NCBI GenBank assembly: GCA_021790305.1
Contig: JAJYED010000004.1
Span: forward strand, 1-57,351
Length of the DNA stretch: 57,351 nucleotides
Origin: Candidatus Micrarchaeota archaeon
GTDB lineage: Archaea; Micrarchaeota; Micrarchaeia; Micrarchaeales; CABMGC01
Direction of reading: 5' to 3'
Below, in pieces: positions 9,629 through 18,883 of the stretch. The notes beneath the pieces were generated by a model that was not told the DNA's origin, made no database searches, and was given only the letters and a program-made list of their open reading frames with translations. Position 1 is the stretch's first letter. Every line of letters begins with the position of its first letter. The position numbers and the translations under genes are program-made.

Positions 9629-11284
9629 ATGCCGGTAATGAAGATAAACAAGAGTTATCTCGGTTCACTCTTAAAGCTGAAGATAAGTGACGAGCAGTTG
9701 AGGGACCAGATATTGAAGCTGGGACTTGAAATAGAGAGCATGACAAAGAACGAGATTGATATAGAACTGCACCTTTCAAGGCCAGATCTTCTTGACCCGG
9801 TAGGAATAGCAAGAGCTTTGCGCTACTTTATGCATAAGAGCGATAAGTTCCATTACAAACTTGGGAGCGGTAAACCGGAGATGACAATAAATGTTTCCAG
9901 CAGCGTAAAGGGCGTAAGACCGTTTATTGCAGGGATGGTAGTCAAAGGGATAAGATTCGATGATATATCGCTGCAGCAGCTAATGGCATTCACGGATAAG
10001 TTCTGCGATACGTTCGGAAGGGAGAGGAAGAAGATAGCAGTTGGAATACATGATTATGACTCGATAGAAAAAACGGATCTCTCATACACACTTTCAAAGG
10101 ATGACAGTTTCGTTGCTCTTAATTCGAAAGAGCGGGAGAGCTTCAGCAGCATTCTGAAAACCAACAAGAAGGGCATCGATTATGGAGAGTCAATAGCGTA
10201 TGGAGGATCAGGATATCCTGTGCTGAAGGATTCCAAAGGTATCCTTGCCCTGATACCTATAATAAACTCGGAGAGGACCAAGGTTACAAAGTCCACGAAG
10301 AACCTCTTCGTTGACGTGACTGGAAATTCCGAGTATGCGATTGGCAAAAGCATCGATATGCTTGCCGCGATGTTCATGGACATGGGTGCAACTGTCTGTC
10401 CTGTAATCACAGCTTATGGAAGCTCTAAGAAGACGTATCCAATGATGGATTCAGATTATATCTCAATAGCACTTGAGGATATATGGAAGAGCCTTGGAGT
10501 TAAATTTGACTACAGGGCAGCGATATCGCTTGCAAACAAGATGGGTTATGAAGCCGCATCTGTGGGCAAGAAGATAAGATTCAGCACTCCTGAGTACAGG
10601 ATAGATATAATCAACGAACAGGACATAATTGAGGACATGGCCATTGCATACGGCTATGATTACATACAGCCGATAGGATTGCCCAGCTATAATGCAGGAT
10701 CGCTTGAGAGTACAACGCTGATGAACAGGAATCTGGAGAGCATGATGACAGGCATGGGATTCACGCAGGTCATGAATTCCTATCTTACAAATCTATCTGT
10801 GAATTATGAGAAGATGGAGGTAGAGAAAAACAAGGATGAAGCGGTGACTATTACAAACTCGGTAAATTCTTCGGTATCGATGCTTAGAACATGGCTTCTC
10901 CCTTCCCTGATGGGAAATCTGTCAAGATCCCAGCATGAAAAGATGCCGCACAGGCTATTTGAACTGGATATGGCATTTTCCGTGAATGCATCAAAGAAGG
11001 TAAGCGAGGAGTATCGCATTGCAGCCGTCGTGTCTGACCCTAAGGCCAATCTTAATGACATAAAAGCTGTTTTGGAAGAGTTAATGTACCTTAACAGGAT
11101 AAAATACACTGTATCTAAATGCTCGCATGGAAGTTTTATAGAAGGAAGATGCGGGGAGATAAAGGTTGATGGCAAGAGCGTCGGATTCTTCGGTGAGATA
11201 CATCCGAAGATACTGAATAATTTTTCTATAGATGAACCCGTATCAGCATTTGAGATAAATCTTCATGGGCTTGGGATCTACTGA
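9629..11284 (+). CDS. pheT: phenylalanine--tRNA ligase beta subunit
   Basis: RPDLL, B3/4 region, YRIDII..DIIEDMAIAYG, GEIHP; directly follows pheS. Confidence 0.95.
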   Translation: MPVMKINKSYLGSLLKLKISDEQLRDQILKLGLEIESMTKNEIDIELHLSRPDLLDPVGIARALRYFMHKSDKFHYKLGSGKPEMTINVSSSVKGVRPFIAGMVVKGIRFDDISLQQLMAFTDKFCDTFGRERKKIAVGIHDYDSIEKTDLSYTLSKDDSFVALNSKERESFSSILKTNKKGIDYGESIAYGGSGYPVLKDSKGILALIPIINSERTKVTKSTKNLFVDVTGNSEYAIGKSIDMLAAMFMDMGATVCPVITAYGSSKKTYPMMDSDYISIALEDIWKSLGVKFDYRAAISLANKMGYEAASVGKKIRFSTPEYRIDIINEQDIIEDMAIAYGYDYIQPIGLPSYNAGSLESTTLMNRNLESMMTGMGFTQVMNSYLTNLSVNYEKMEVEKNKDEAVTITNSVNSSVSMLRTWLLPSLMGNLSRSQHEKMPHRLFELDMAFSVNASKKVSEEYRIAAVVSDPKANLNDIKAVLEELMYLNRIKYTVSKCSHGSFIEGRCGEIKVDGKSVGFFGEIHPKILNNFSIDEPVSAFEINLHGLGIY

Positions 11285-12507
11285 TTCTTTCCTCTCTCCT
11301 TTATGAAGTCGGCCTCATCAGATTCCAGATTGAAGTGCTTCTCCATGAATGCCATGGTCTCATCCTTGCCGTATGAGCTCTCTCCGCTTTCCATCATCAG
11401 CTTCAGCAGAGGCATGTAGCCATTTACTATCTCCTTCTTGTTCACATGGAATACTGGAGAGAGCTTCCCCGCTATCTCCTTGATGTACTGGCGCTCCGCT
11501 TTTGTAGTGCTGAGGTATCTTATTACGCTCGGGAAGAGGTAAGGATTTATCGTGCTTATGTATCCTGTATTCTGAAGGCTTACACCACCTGACATAAGAT
11601 CGTTTGAATATCTCAGATAGCCATAGTAGTTCGTGCGTGTCGCATTGTTGTTGAACCTGCTTGCAAGGGCAAGGACAGAATAGGCATTCGCAACATCCTT
11701 CTTTGACAGATATCTTACAGGTATATTCTGGTCAATCCATTTGAGCAGCATGTCCTTGTCTATTCCTGAAGCAAGGGCCACGCTTCTTGATGCGAGTTTC
11801 TTTGAGGTGAATATCTTATCCAACACGGCAAAGGTCTCTACCTTCCTGTCCCTCATTCCAAGGTGCTCCAGCAGTTCAGGACTTGCGTCTACCATCGCTT
11901 CAAGGTCGTTTAGCGCAGCTCTTACGTCCCCGTTTGCCCTGTTTGCGATTATGTCTACCGTTGCCTTGTCCATCGATATGCCCTCCTTTGCAAGTATGTT
12001 GTTCATCAGTGATACCACATCTTTTGCACTTGGTTTCTTGAACTCTATCCTTTCCACGTACTCTCTAAGGAAGACAAGACTCCTGCTCCAGTAATCGTTA
12101 GCGGTCAATATAACAGGGCTTTTGGATTCCCTGAAGAGCTTTGTCAGTATGCCTTCTATTCCCTTGTCAAACCTTGCCGATATCTCGTCTATCTCATCGA
12201 ATATGATTATTACCTTGCTGCCGAAGAGGTTCCTTGATGTTGTTGCAGGGAGAAGCCTTTTCTGCAGCGTTTCTGCGTCACGGTAGTCGCTTGCGTCGAA
12301 TTCTATTATCTCAAAACCGTTGGAGTATGCGAATGCATGCGCTGCCGCAGTCTTCCCGGTTCCCGTAGGCCCATATATCAACAGGGGTCTTTGCTTCTTC
12401 CCAGATTGAACCTCTGCACCGTAATTTATTAACCTGTCAATCTGGTTCCTATTGCCGATAAGCATGTTGAGCGTAATAGGAGCGTATTTCTCGCAGAATG
12501 AGGGCAT
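11278..12507 (-). CDS. rfcL: replication factor C large subunit
   Basis: EKYAP, Walker A GPTGTGKT, EFDASDYR, DEID, GDVRAALNDL. Confidence 0.93.
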   Translation of the reverse strand: MPSFCEKYAPITLNMLIGNRNQIDRLINYGAEVQSGKKQRPLLIYGPTGTGKTAAAHAFAYSNGFEIIEFDASDYRDAETLQKRLLPATTSRNLFGSKVIIIFDEIDEISARFDKGIEGILTKLFRESKSPVILTANDYWSRSLVFLREYVERIEFKKPSAKDVVSLMNNILAKEGISMDKATVDIIANRANGDVRAALNDLEAMVDASPELLEHLGMRDRKVETFAVLDKIFTSKKLASRSVALASGIDKDMLLKWIDQNIPVRYLSKKDVANAYSVLALASRFNNNATRTNYYGYLRYSNDLMSGGVSLQNTGYISTINPYLFPSVIRYLSTTKAERQYIKEIAGKLSPVFHVNKKEIVNGYMPLLKLMMESGESSYGKDETMAFMEKHFNLESDEADFIKERGKNQ

Positions 12508-12562
12508 GGTATTAATTTATCTGTAAGGAATATAATAGTTCTGAATTAATTCTAAGTGCTAT

Positions 12563-12637
12563 GCTCCGATCGTCTAGTCCGGTCAAGGACGCAGGCCTCT
12601 CACGCCTGTAACCCGGGTTCAAATCCCGGCCGGAGCA
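12563..12637 (+). tRNA. tRNA-Glu(CTC)
   Basis: cloverleaf: GCTCCG/CGGAGC acceptor, CAGGC-CT CTC AC-GCCTG anticodon arm, CCGGG-TTCAAAT-CCCGG T arm; no encoded CCA. Confidence 0.95.
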
Positions 12638-12656
12638 CTTTTGCGTATGTAAAGAA

Positions 12657-12914
12657 TCAGTCCTTTCTTGGCATTTTCTTTAGCTCTTTAAATATGATAA
12701 TAGATGAAGTGATTCCTGCTATCCCCAGCCCTATTGTTGCACCTGCAGCAATGTGTATCAGCTGATTTTCCGGCAGATCATTAGGATTGGCCTTTGAGAA
12801 GTGAATACCGGCGAGCCATGCTCCTATAACTGAGCTTGTGGCAGTGAACTTTATCCCTTCGTTTATCAGATATTTTTTGGGATTATTCTCCTGCTTCCCT
12901 ATTTTGAAGTGCAT
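12657..12914 (-). CDS. small Gly/Ala-rich membrane protein (paralog of 13058..13300)
   Basis: two hydrophobic small-residue helices, basic FKELKK tail. Confidence 0.6.
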   Translation of the reverse strand: MHFKIGKQENNPKKYLINEGIKFTATSSVIGAWLAGIHFSKANPNDLPENQLIHIAAGATIGLGIAGITSSIIIFKELKKMPRKD

Positions 12915-13057
12915 GCTAAACAAGGATTTAAGATGAATATTATGATTATTAAATATTGTTGCTTTGTGAGAAGAACTTAATACGATATATGTCGTATAAA
13001 ATTATGATCCTGAGTTACTTTTAAAAATCATAAGATTTGTTATATGTATGTGAAGAG

Positions 13058-13300
13058 ATGGAGATTTCAAAAAAACTGAAAGGTAAATACATCGAGAACA
13101 GGCACCTCGTACCTGAGGTGCGCAAGTTCGCTGCGTCAGGAGCTTTCGTAGGAGCATCAGTAGCAGGGATTGGAGGGGTCGCGGCAGGTATGCACGGAGT
13201 AGGTGTTGGAGAGATTACAGCATATGTAGGATCTGCGGCTTTGATCGGCGCTGTTGGATTAGGTATAATGGCTTTCAAGGAATTGAAGAGAAAGGAGTAG
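13058..13300 (+). CDS. small glycine-zipper-like membrane protein
   Basis: GxxxG-rich helices, FKELKRKE tail; similar to the divergent neighbour. Confidence 0.65.
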   Translation: MEISKKLKGKYIENRHLVPEVRKFAASGAFVGASVAGIGGVAAGMHGVGVGEITAYVGSAALIGAVGLGIMAFKELKRKE

Positions 13301-13421
13301 GACAGAATAGCAAGGAACTGGATTTTATGCAGTCTGTTGACGCATTTTGTGTGTTTGACTGATATTTGCAGCTTTGGACTGCAGCATAGAAAGTGTTAAA
13401 TATCTAGCAGTACATATAGTA

Positions 13422-13574
13422 GTTGAAAGAATTTCTGGTACAGATAGGTCATCTTATCCTGAAAAGATTAAGGTAAACATGGCGGCAATCTAAATATATA
13501 GAATTACTTTTTGAGATTTTAGCCGTTTTGCAGATTTTATAACAATCGGTCATTTTACCAGAAGTTCTTTTGAC
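13422..13574 (+). ncRNA. candidate structured ncRNA (long closing stem)
   Basis: 13422-13440 pairs with 13556-13574 over 19 bp including 3 G-U; BRE/TATA-like GAAAGTGTTAAATA about 25 nt upstream; no ORF. Confidence 0.4.
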
Positions 13575-13679
13575 ATTCAAAGTACGCAGGGTTTTGAAAA
13601 GATATAAAAACCTTGAGTTATACATAAACTTACAGAATTTTTATACAAAGCACAGCGATGGCTTTATACGGGTCTATTT

Positions 13680-14105
13680 ATGAAGACGCATCTTGAGAAC
13701 AAGCTAATTGCCATAGTAAGAGTCAGAGGAACCTATGGAGTAAGGCATGATATAAAGGAGACCATGAAGAGGATGAACCTGAACAGGGTCAACAGCATGG
13801 TGCTGCTTTACGGCAACAAGGCCAATATAGGCATGATAAACAAGTGCAGCGACTTCGTGACTTACGGAGAGATTGATAATGAGACATTGGAGCTTGTAGC
13901 GAAGAGGAAGGAGATAAAGGTCGAGAAGACAGACATCGATGGCATCTCAGCAGGTAAGAAGAGCCCTAAGGAGGTTATCCCTATGCCAATAAGGATGCAT
14001 CCTCCAAGAAAGGGATACCGAGGCATAAAGCAGAGCTACAAGGCAGGAGGAGACCTTGGATACAGAGGCAAGGAAATAAATTCATTGATAAAGAGAATGG
14101 CATAA
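13680..14105 (+). CDS. rpl30: 50S ribosomal protein uL30
   Basis: IAIVRVRG, FVTYGEID, RMHPPRKG, GDLGYRG.EINSLIKRM. Confidence 0.95.
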   Translation: MKTHLENKLIAIVRVRGTYGVRHDIKETMKRMNLNRVNSMVLLYGNKANIGMINKCSDFVTYGEIDNETLELVAKRKEIKVEKTDIDGISAGKKSPKEVIPMPIRMHPPRKGYRGIKQSYKAGGDLGYRGKEINSLIKRMA

Positions 14106-14115
14106 GGTTATTTTT

Positions 14116-14511
14116 ATGGTATTAAGAGTTAAGAAAAAGAGCAGGAAGTTTTTAGGGAGCAGAAGCTGGGGCGTAGGCAACATAAAGAATGCCAGAGGCT
14201 CCGGAGACCGTGGAGGCACAGGAAGTGGAGGAAAGAAGGGAAAGTGGACACACACGGTAGTTTATGAGAAGGATTCGATAAAGAAGGTGGGTTTCAGCCC
14301 TTGGAGAAAGAAGAACTATTCTGAGATAAACCTTGAGGACATCTCAAAGAACATGGATAAGCTCAAGAAGGACAATGAGATAATGCTAAGGAATTACAAG
14401 GTGCTCAGCAGGGGAGAGATAAGCGTGCCTGTAAAGATATCAGCAAAGTCATTTTCAAAGAAGGCTGAGGAGAAGATAAAGGCGGCAGGAGGAGAAGCGG
14501 TAAAGCTTTAG
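14116..14511 (+). CDS. rpl15: 50S ribosomal protein uL15
   Basis: RKFLGSRSWG.G, RGSGDRGG, FSKKAEEKIKAAGG. Confidence 0.95.
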   Translation: MVLRVKKKSRKFLGSRSWGVGNIKNARGSGDRGGTGSGGKKGKWTHTVVYEKDSIKKVGFSPWRKKNYSEINLEDISKNMDKLKKDNEIMLRNYKVLSRGEISVPVKISAKSFSKKAEEKIKAAGGEAVKL

Positions 14512-14518
14512 TGTATAC

Positions 14519-15694
14519 ATGGAAAAATTAAGGATTGCGTTTTATACTGACACCTATCTGCCTAACGTCGATGGTGTCGTTACCTCGATAATAAATTTCA
14601 GGAAGGAATTGGAGAGAAGAGGGCATACTGTTTATGTGTTTGCCAGCGCAAGCCCAAAGAACAAGGCACTCTATTCAAATAACAAGACCTTTCTGTATAC
14701 TGGATTGAACTTCAAGCCATATCCGCAGTACAGCATCGCGATATTCCCTTACAATTCGGCAATAAAGTTAAGGTCCCTTGGAGTTGACATCATACATGCG
14801 CAGACACCTTTTGCAATGGGCTTTTCAGGCTTGATGGCAGGAAGGATATCACAGTACCCAGTATTGGGATCCTTCCACACCTTTGTCAACAATAGGCACA
14901 TAGTAGAACATTATTATCCAAAGAGCAGACCGCTGAAAAAGTTTGCAAGCACTTACATGAAGAAATACCTGCGCTTCTTCTACAGGAGATGCGATGGCGT
15001 GATAGCCCCTTCTTTCACTGTGGAGAGGATGCTTTACAAGAGCGGGATAAAGGATGTTCATGTTGTGCCGAACAGCATAGACATATCAAAATTCAACAAC
15101 AAGGTAAGCGGAGATAAGATAAGGAAGAAGTACGGGATAAAGGACAGGGACAAGGTTGTGCTCTACGTTGGAAGGCTGTCTGTAGAGAAGAGGATAGAGA
15201 CTATGCTTAAGGCTGCAAAGCTGCTTATGGACAAGGATGACAAGGTAAAGGTCATGATTGCAGGCAAGGGCCCGTCTGAGTCATATTACAAGGAGGTTGC
15301 GCATAAGCTAGGGGTTGCAGACAGGGTGCGCTTCATAGGTTTTGTTGAGCAGAAGACGCTTCCTGAGGTATATGCGGCTTCTGATCTGGTCTGCATGCCC
15401 TCGACCTTTGAGACCCAGGGAATCGTCTCCGTAGAGGCGATGGCCTGCGGAAAACCCGTGGTCGGAGCAGATTACCTCTCCACAAAGGAGCTCATAAAGA
15501 ACGGTTTCAACGGAGAAAAGTTCCGCGCAGGGGATTACAGGCACTGCGCTAAAAAAATAGATAAGGTTTTAAATGATACTAAACCTTATATTAAAAATGC
15601 CCTTAGTACAGGGCGCAGTTTCTCTTCGGAGAAGATGACAGACAAACTGATAGATGTTTACAAACTACTTTTGTCAAAGCAGGCGATAGACTGA
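14519..15694 (+). CDS. GT4 family glycosyltransferase (lipid alpha-glucosyltransferase-like)
   Basis: TDTYLPNVDGV, YVGRLSVEK, ETQGIVSVEAMACG. Confidence 0.9.
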   Translation: MEKLRIAFYTDTYLPNVDGVVTSIINFRKELERRGHTVYVFASASPKNKALYSNNKTFLYTGLNFKPYPQYSIAIFPYNSAIKLRSLGVDIIHAQTPFAMGFSGLMAGRISQYPVLGSFHTFVNNRHIVEHYYPKSRPLKKFASTYMKKYLRFFYRRCDGVIAPSFTVERMLYKSGIKDVHVVPNSIDISKFNNKVSGDKIRKKYGIKDRDKVVLYVGRLSVEKRIETMLKAAKLLMDKDDKVKVMIAGKGPSESYYKEVAHKLGVADRVRFIGFVEQKTLPEVYAASDLVCMPSTFETQGIVSVEAMACGKPVVGADYLSTKELIKNGFNGEKFRAGDYRHCAKKIDKVLNDTKPYIKNALSTGRSFSSEKMTDKLIDVYKLLLSKQAID

Positions 15695-16341
15695 GCGAAA
15701 AAGAGAACGGAAACAACAAGGCAGCTGCAGAAGCGGCGCCTACACCTCATAAGAGCGAGAAGCAGGATAAGGTAGAGGAGATCAGGAAGCAGATAGATGA
15801 GGAGAGGAAGAAGGGAGCTTCGATAGCGAATATGATAAGGGCTACGAAGCGCAGGCTCCTTTACAAGCTTGACGAGAAGGCAGCGGTATCCAAGCTGGCT
15901 CAGATCAGTCATGAGAAGACAAAGGACATAAGGTATCTGAGGAAGAGGAAGAACGAGATAGATTTCAGGATATCCACAGAGGCTTTCACGCTGGATGCCG
16001 AGAGGGATCTTGTAAGGAAGAGAAATGCTATTGAGAAGGAGCTAAACGAAGCGACAAAGAGCTACAGATTGAAGAAGAAGGTAGAGTTCATAGACAAGAG
16101 AATAGAAGAGATGAACAAACAGATAGAGACGATGGTCGAACAGCTTAAGGAATCTAACAAAAAACTCGATGATTACTACAACGAGATGAGAAGGATAAGC
16201 GGCGGCGAAAGAAGAAGGAGGGAGCCTCAGCATGGGGAGGGAAGGCACCAGCAGAAGCCGCAGGAGATAAGCATTGCAGACATCGCCATAATAAACAAGG
16301 AAGAAAGCAAGAAAGAAGAAGATAATTCGGTGATGAATTGA
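15691..16341 (+). CDS. archaeal coiled-coil protein; likely CTG start at 15691 (first ATG 15832)
   Basis: charged coiled coil with 'ISTEAFTLDAERDLV'; coding-like frame extends 47 codons upstream of the ATG. Confidence 0.7.
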   Translation: MSEKENGNNKAAAEAAPTPHKSEKQDKVEEIRKQIDEERKKGASIANMIRATKRRLLYKLDEKAAVSKLAQISHEKTKDIRYLRKRKNEIDFRISTEAFTLDAERDLVRKRNAIEKELNEATKSYRLKKKVEFIDKRIEEMNKQIETMVEQLKESNKKLDDYYNEMRRISGGERRRREPQHGEGRHQQKPQEISIADIAIINKEESKKEEDNSVMN

Positions 16342-17654
16342 AGATTACATTCCTAGGCGCTGCCGGAGAAGTCGGCAGAAGCTGTATAATGATAGAAGAA
16401 GACGGTACGAGAGTTCTTCTTGACTCGGGCATAAAGCTTGGCAAGAAGATAGAATATCCAGAATTGGATAAGGAGACATTGAAGGGTGTTGATGGGATAG
16501 TGGTGAGCCACGCCCATCTTGACCACAGCGGATACCTTCCGCACATATACTCCATAGGTTATGACAAATACGCATATGCTACGAAGCCTACGTTTGAACT
16601 TACGAATGTGCTTATTAGCGATTATATGCGCATTTCCAATCCTGAAGAGATAACCAAGCAGGGCTTGTCTGCGATGCAGAAGAAGCACAAGATAGTAGAG
16701 TATGGGGAGGAATTCAGGATAAAGAACCTAAGGTTCAGGCTGCTCACTGCAGGGCACATACTCGGCAGCGGGATGGTAGAGGTATCATCTAGCAAGGAGA
16801 AGCTGCTCTATACAGGGGATTTCAACCTCGCTACAAGCAAGCTGCTTGAGCCTGCATCAAACCAGGGTCTTAAGATAGATACCCTTGTTACAGAGAGCAC
16901 GTATAGCGGCAAGGATGATGTGTTCAAACCTGAAAAGGTGACCATGGATTTGATGGTAAACAGTCTGAATGATACGATAACTAGAGGAGGAAAGGCGATA
17001 GTCCCGAGCTTCGCGGTAGGGCGTGCAGAGGAGATACTCCTGCTGCTTGACGATTATATGAAGTCAGGAAGGCTGCAGAAGGTCCCGATACATATCGATG
17101 GCATGATAGGGAAGGCCATGCGCATACACAGGCATAATGTCATATACTGCAGGGACGAGCTGCAGAAGAGGATTCTTATGAATGATGACGATCCGTTCAA
17201 GAGCACGAACTTCAACGTCATAAAGACCAGAGGGGAGCGCAAGAACATAATAAACAGCAGCGAGTCAAGCATAATAGTAACGACAAGCGGCATGCTCACA
17301 GGAGGTCCGGTGATAAACTACCTGCAGTCCCTCGCAAAGGATACAAAGAATAAGCTTATCCTTGTAGGATACCAGGCTGTAGGGACGCCAGGAAGGGAGC
17401 TCTTTGACGGTAAGAAGGAGATACAGATAGAGGATAAGACTATAAAGGTAGGCTTAGAGGTAAATACCTTCCACATCTCTGCCCATGCAGACAGGCCGCA
17501 TCTGGTCAACTTCATAAAGTCCTTGAAGGGCTTGAAGAATGTCTATGCCGTGCATGGAGAAAAAGCTAAAGCAGAAGAATTTGTAGACTATATAAACCAG
17601 GACCACAAGCACAACGCAGTTGCGCCTGAACTTGGTTCTTCTTATAATACCTGA
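16338..17654 (+). CDS. beta-CASP metallo-beta-lactamase RNase (CPSF-like, no KH domains)
   Basis: GAAGEVGRSC, SHAHLDH, AGHILG, YTGD, ESTY, FAVGRAEE, SAHAD, VHGE. Confidence 0.92.
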   Translation: MKITFLGAAGEVGRSCIMIEEDGTRVLLDSGIKLGKKIEYPELDKETLKGVDGIVVSHAHLDHSGYLPHIYSIGYDKYAYATKPTFELTNVLISDYMRISNPEEITKQGLSAMQKKHKIVEYGEEFRIKNLRFRLLTAGHILGSGMVEVSSSKEKLLYTGDFNLATSKLLEPASNQGLKIDTLVTESTYSGKDDVFKPEKVTMDLMVNSLNDTITRGGKAIVPSFAVGRAEEILLLLDDYMKSGRLQKVPIHIDGMIGKAMRIHRHNVIYCRDELQKRILMNDDDPFKSTNFNVIKTRGERKNIINSSESSIIVTTSGMLTGGPVINYLQSLAKDTKNKLILVGYQAVGTPGRELFDGKKEIQIEDKTIKVGLEVNTFHISAHADRPHLVNFIKSLKGLKNVYAVHGEKAKAEEFVDYINQDHKHNAVAPELGSSYNT

Positions 17655-17655
17655 T

Positions 17656-17877
17656 TTATTCGTATTTGCTTTTCAGGTGTCTTCGGTACAGGATGAATCC
17701 TATTACCAGTATTACCAGTATCACTACTAGAATAACTAGGTTGAATGATTGAGGCAACGGCTGCTGGATTCCCTGCGGCACTGTTATTGTCGGAGCTATT
17801 GGAATTGAGCTTCCTGATGAATTAGGATTTAAAGAACCTGCGGTTCCAAGCACGTAAACGAAGTCCATATGTAGCAT
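17656..17877 (-). CDS. small membrane-anchored protein
   Basis: Pro/Ser/Gln linker, one TM, basic tail. Confidence 0.5.
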   Translation of the reverse strand: MLHMDFVYVLGTAGSLNPNSSGSSIPIAPTITVPQGIQQPLPQSFNLVILVVILVILVIGFILYRRHLKSKYE

Positions 17878-17913
17878 ATTTTAATTGATTACTATTAAAT
17901 AGGTTACATTAAC

Positions 17914-18840
17914 ATGAGACTCCAAAGTGCATTCGAATATCTTATGGTATGGGGCTGGGTAGTCCTGATAATAGCAGTAGTGCTCGTTATGCTCTTTGAG
18001 GAGGGATTGCTGAATCCTCTGAACTTTTACCCCACGGTATATGGGGGTGCTTGCCATGTTATAAGGCCTGATGGCCCTCTCACGACGCAGTTCATAAGCC
18101 TTGCAGGCACTTGCAATGCTGCTTTGCCGCAAAGCGTTGCGGATATGCCGTGCGCATGGCCCAACCTTAACGTGTGTAATCCTAATTTTATGGTTTCAAA
18201 TCTGAATAATTCAATAAATCCATTGACCATCTCGGCGTGGTTCTGGGAACCTCCAAATATAGTTTATGACGGGCAGTCCGTTGGTTATGGAGGGGTGATA
18301 GTAGGATTTAACGGCGTTTATCCAGAGCTTGCAGTAGGTTACAAATCGGGAAGCAATCCTGGATCTTATCTTTGTGGAGGTACGCCCAGCGACATATACT
18401 GCAGTTCGCATAACGCAACTCCGGGGGCATGGAATTATGGAGTCGTTACTATAAGCGATTCCGTGATAAATGTCTATATGAATGGCAAACTGGTAGCATC
18501 AGGTGCAGGAACAGCATTGACTGGAGATAACACGGCATATGTCGGGGTAAATGCCTCCGGGTGCCGCTGCTGGGAGAATTCTGCTGGCCAGTATGAGCCT
18601 TATTACAATAGCGGGTATACTGCAGACGTGCAGATATACAATACAACTCTTTCCTACGGGGACGTAAATGCGCTTTTTGCAGAAGGAATAAACGGTGCCC
18701 CGATAAACCTGAACAATCTTGTCGCATGGTGGCAACTAAATGGCGATTACAACGATTATAGCGGGAACGGGTACAACGGAAATGCCATAAACATATCATC
18801 TACCGGGTCATGGAAGAACACATATGTCGGTAAAAATTGA
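17914..18840 (+). CDS. LamG/concanavalin-like domain protein with class III (pilin-type) signal peptide
   Basis: MRLQ/SAFEYL plus hydrophobic helix; LTISAWF, WNYGVVT, VYMNG, DVQIYNTTLS, LVAWWQLNG. Confidence 0.85.
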   Translation: MRLQSAFEYLMVWGWVVLIIAVVLVMLFEEGLLNPLNFYPTVYGGACHVIRPDGPLTTQFISLAGTCNAALPQSVADMPCAWPNLNVCNPNFMVSNLNNSINPLTISAWFWEPPNIVYDGQSVGYGGVIVGFNGVYPELAVGYKSGSNPGSYLCGGTPSDIYCSSHNATPGAWNYGVVTISDSVINVYMNGKLVASGAGTALTGDNTAYVGVNASGCRCWENSAGQYEPYYNSGYTADVQIYNTTLSYGDVNALFAEGINGAPINLNNLVAWWQLNGDYNDYSGNGYNGNAINISSTGSWKNTYVGKN

Positions 18841-18875
18841 TCGGCGCTCAGAAGAAGAGGTTCGCTTTTTCCTGT

Positions 18876-18883
18876 GTTTGAAG
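18876..18883. repeat. IS target-site duplication GTTTGAAG (left copy; right copy 19972-19979)
   Basis: identical 8-mer immediately outside both terminal inverted repeats. Confidence 0.85.

Noticed and set aside
12563-12637. A7:C66 mismatch in tRNA-Glu (and U52:U62 in tRNA-Met) as possible editing sites
   Set aside because: Single stem mismatches are tolerated in tRNAs; no independent evidence for editing
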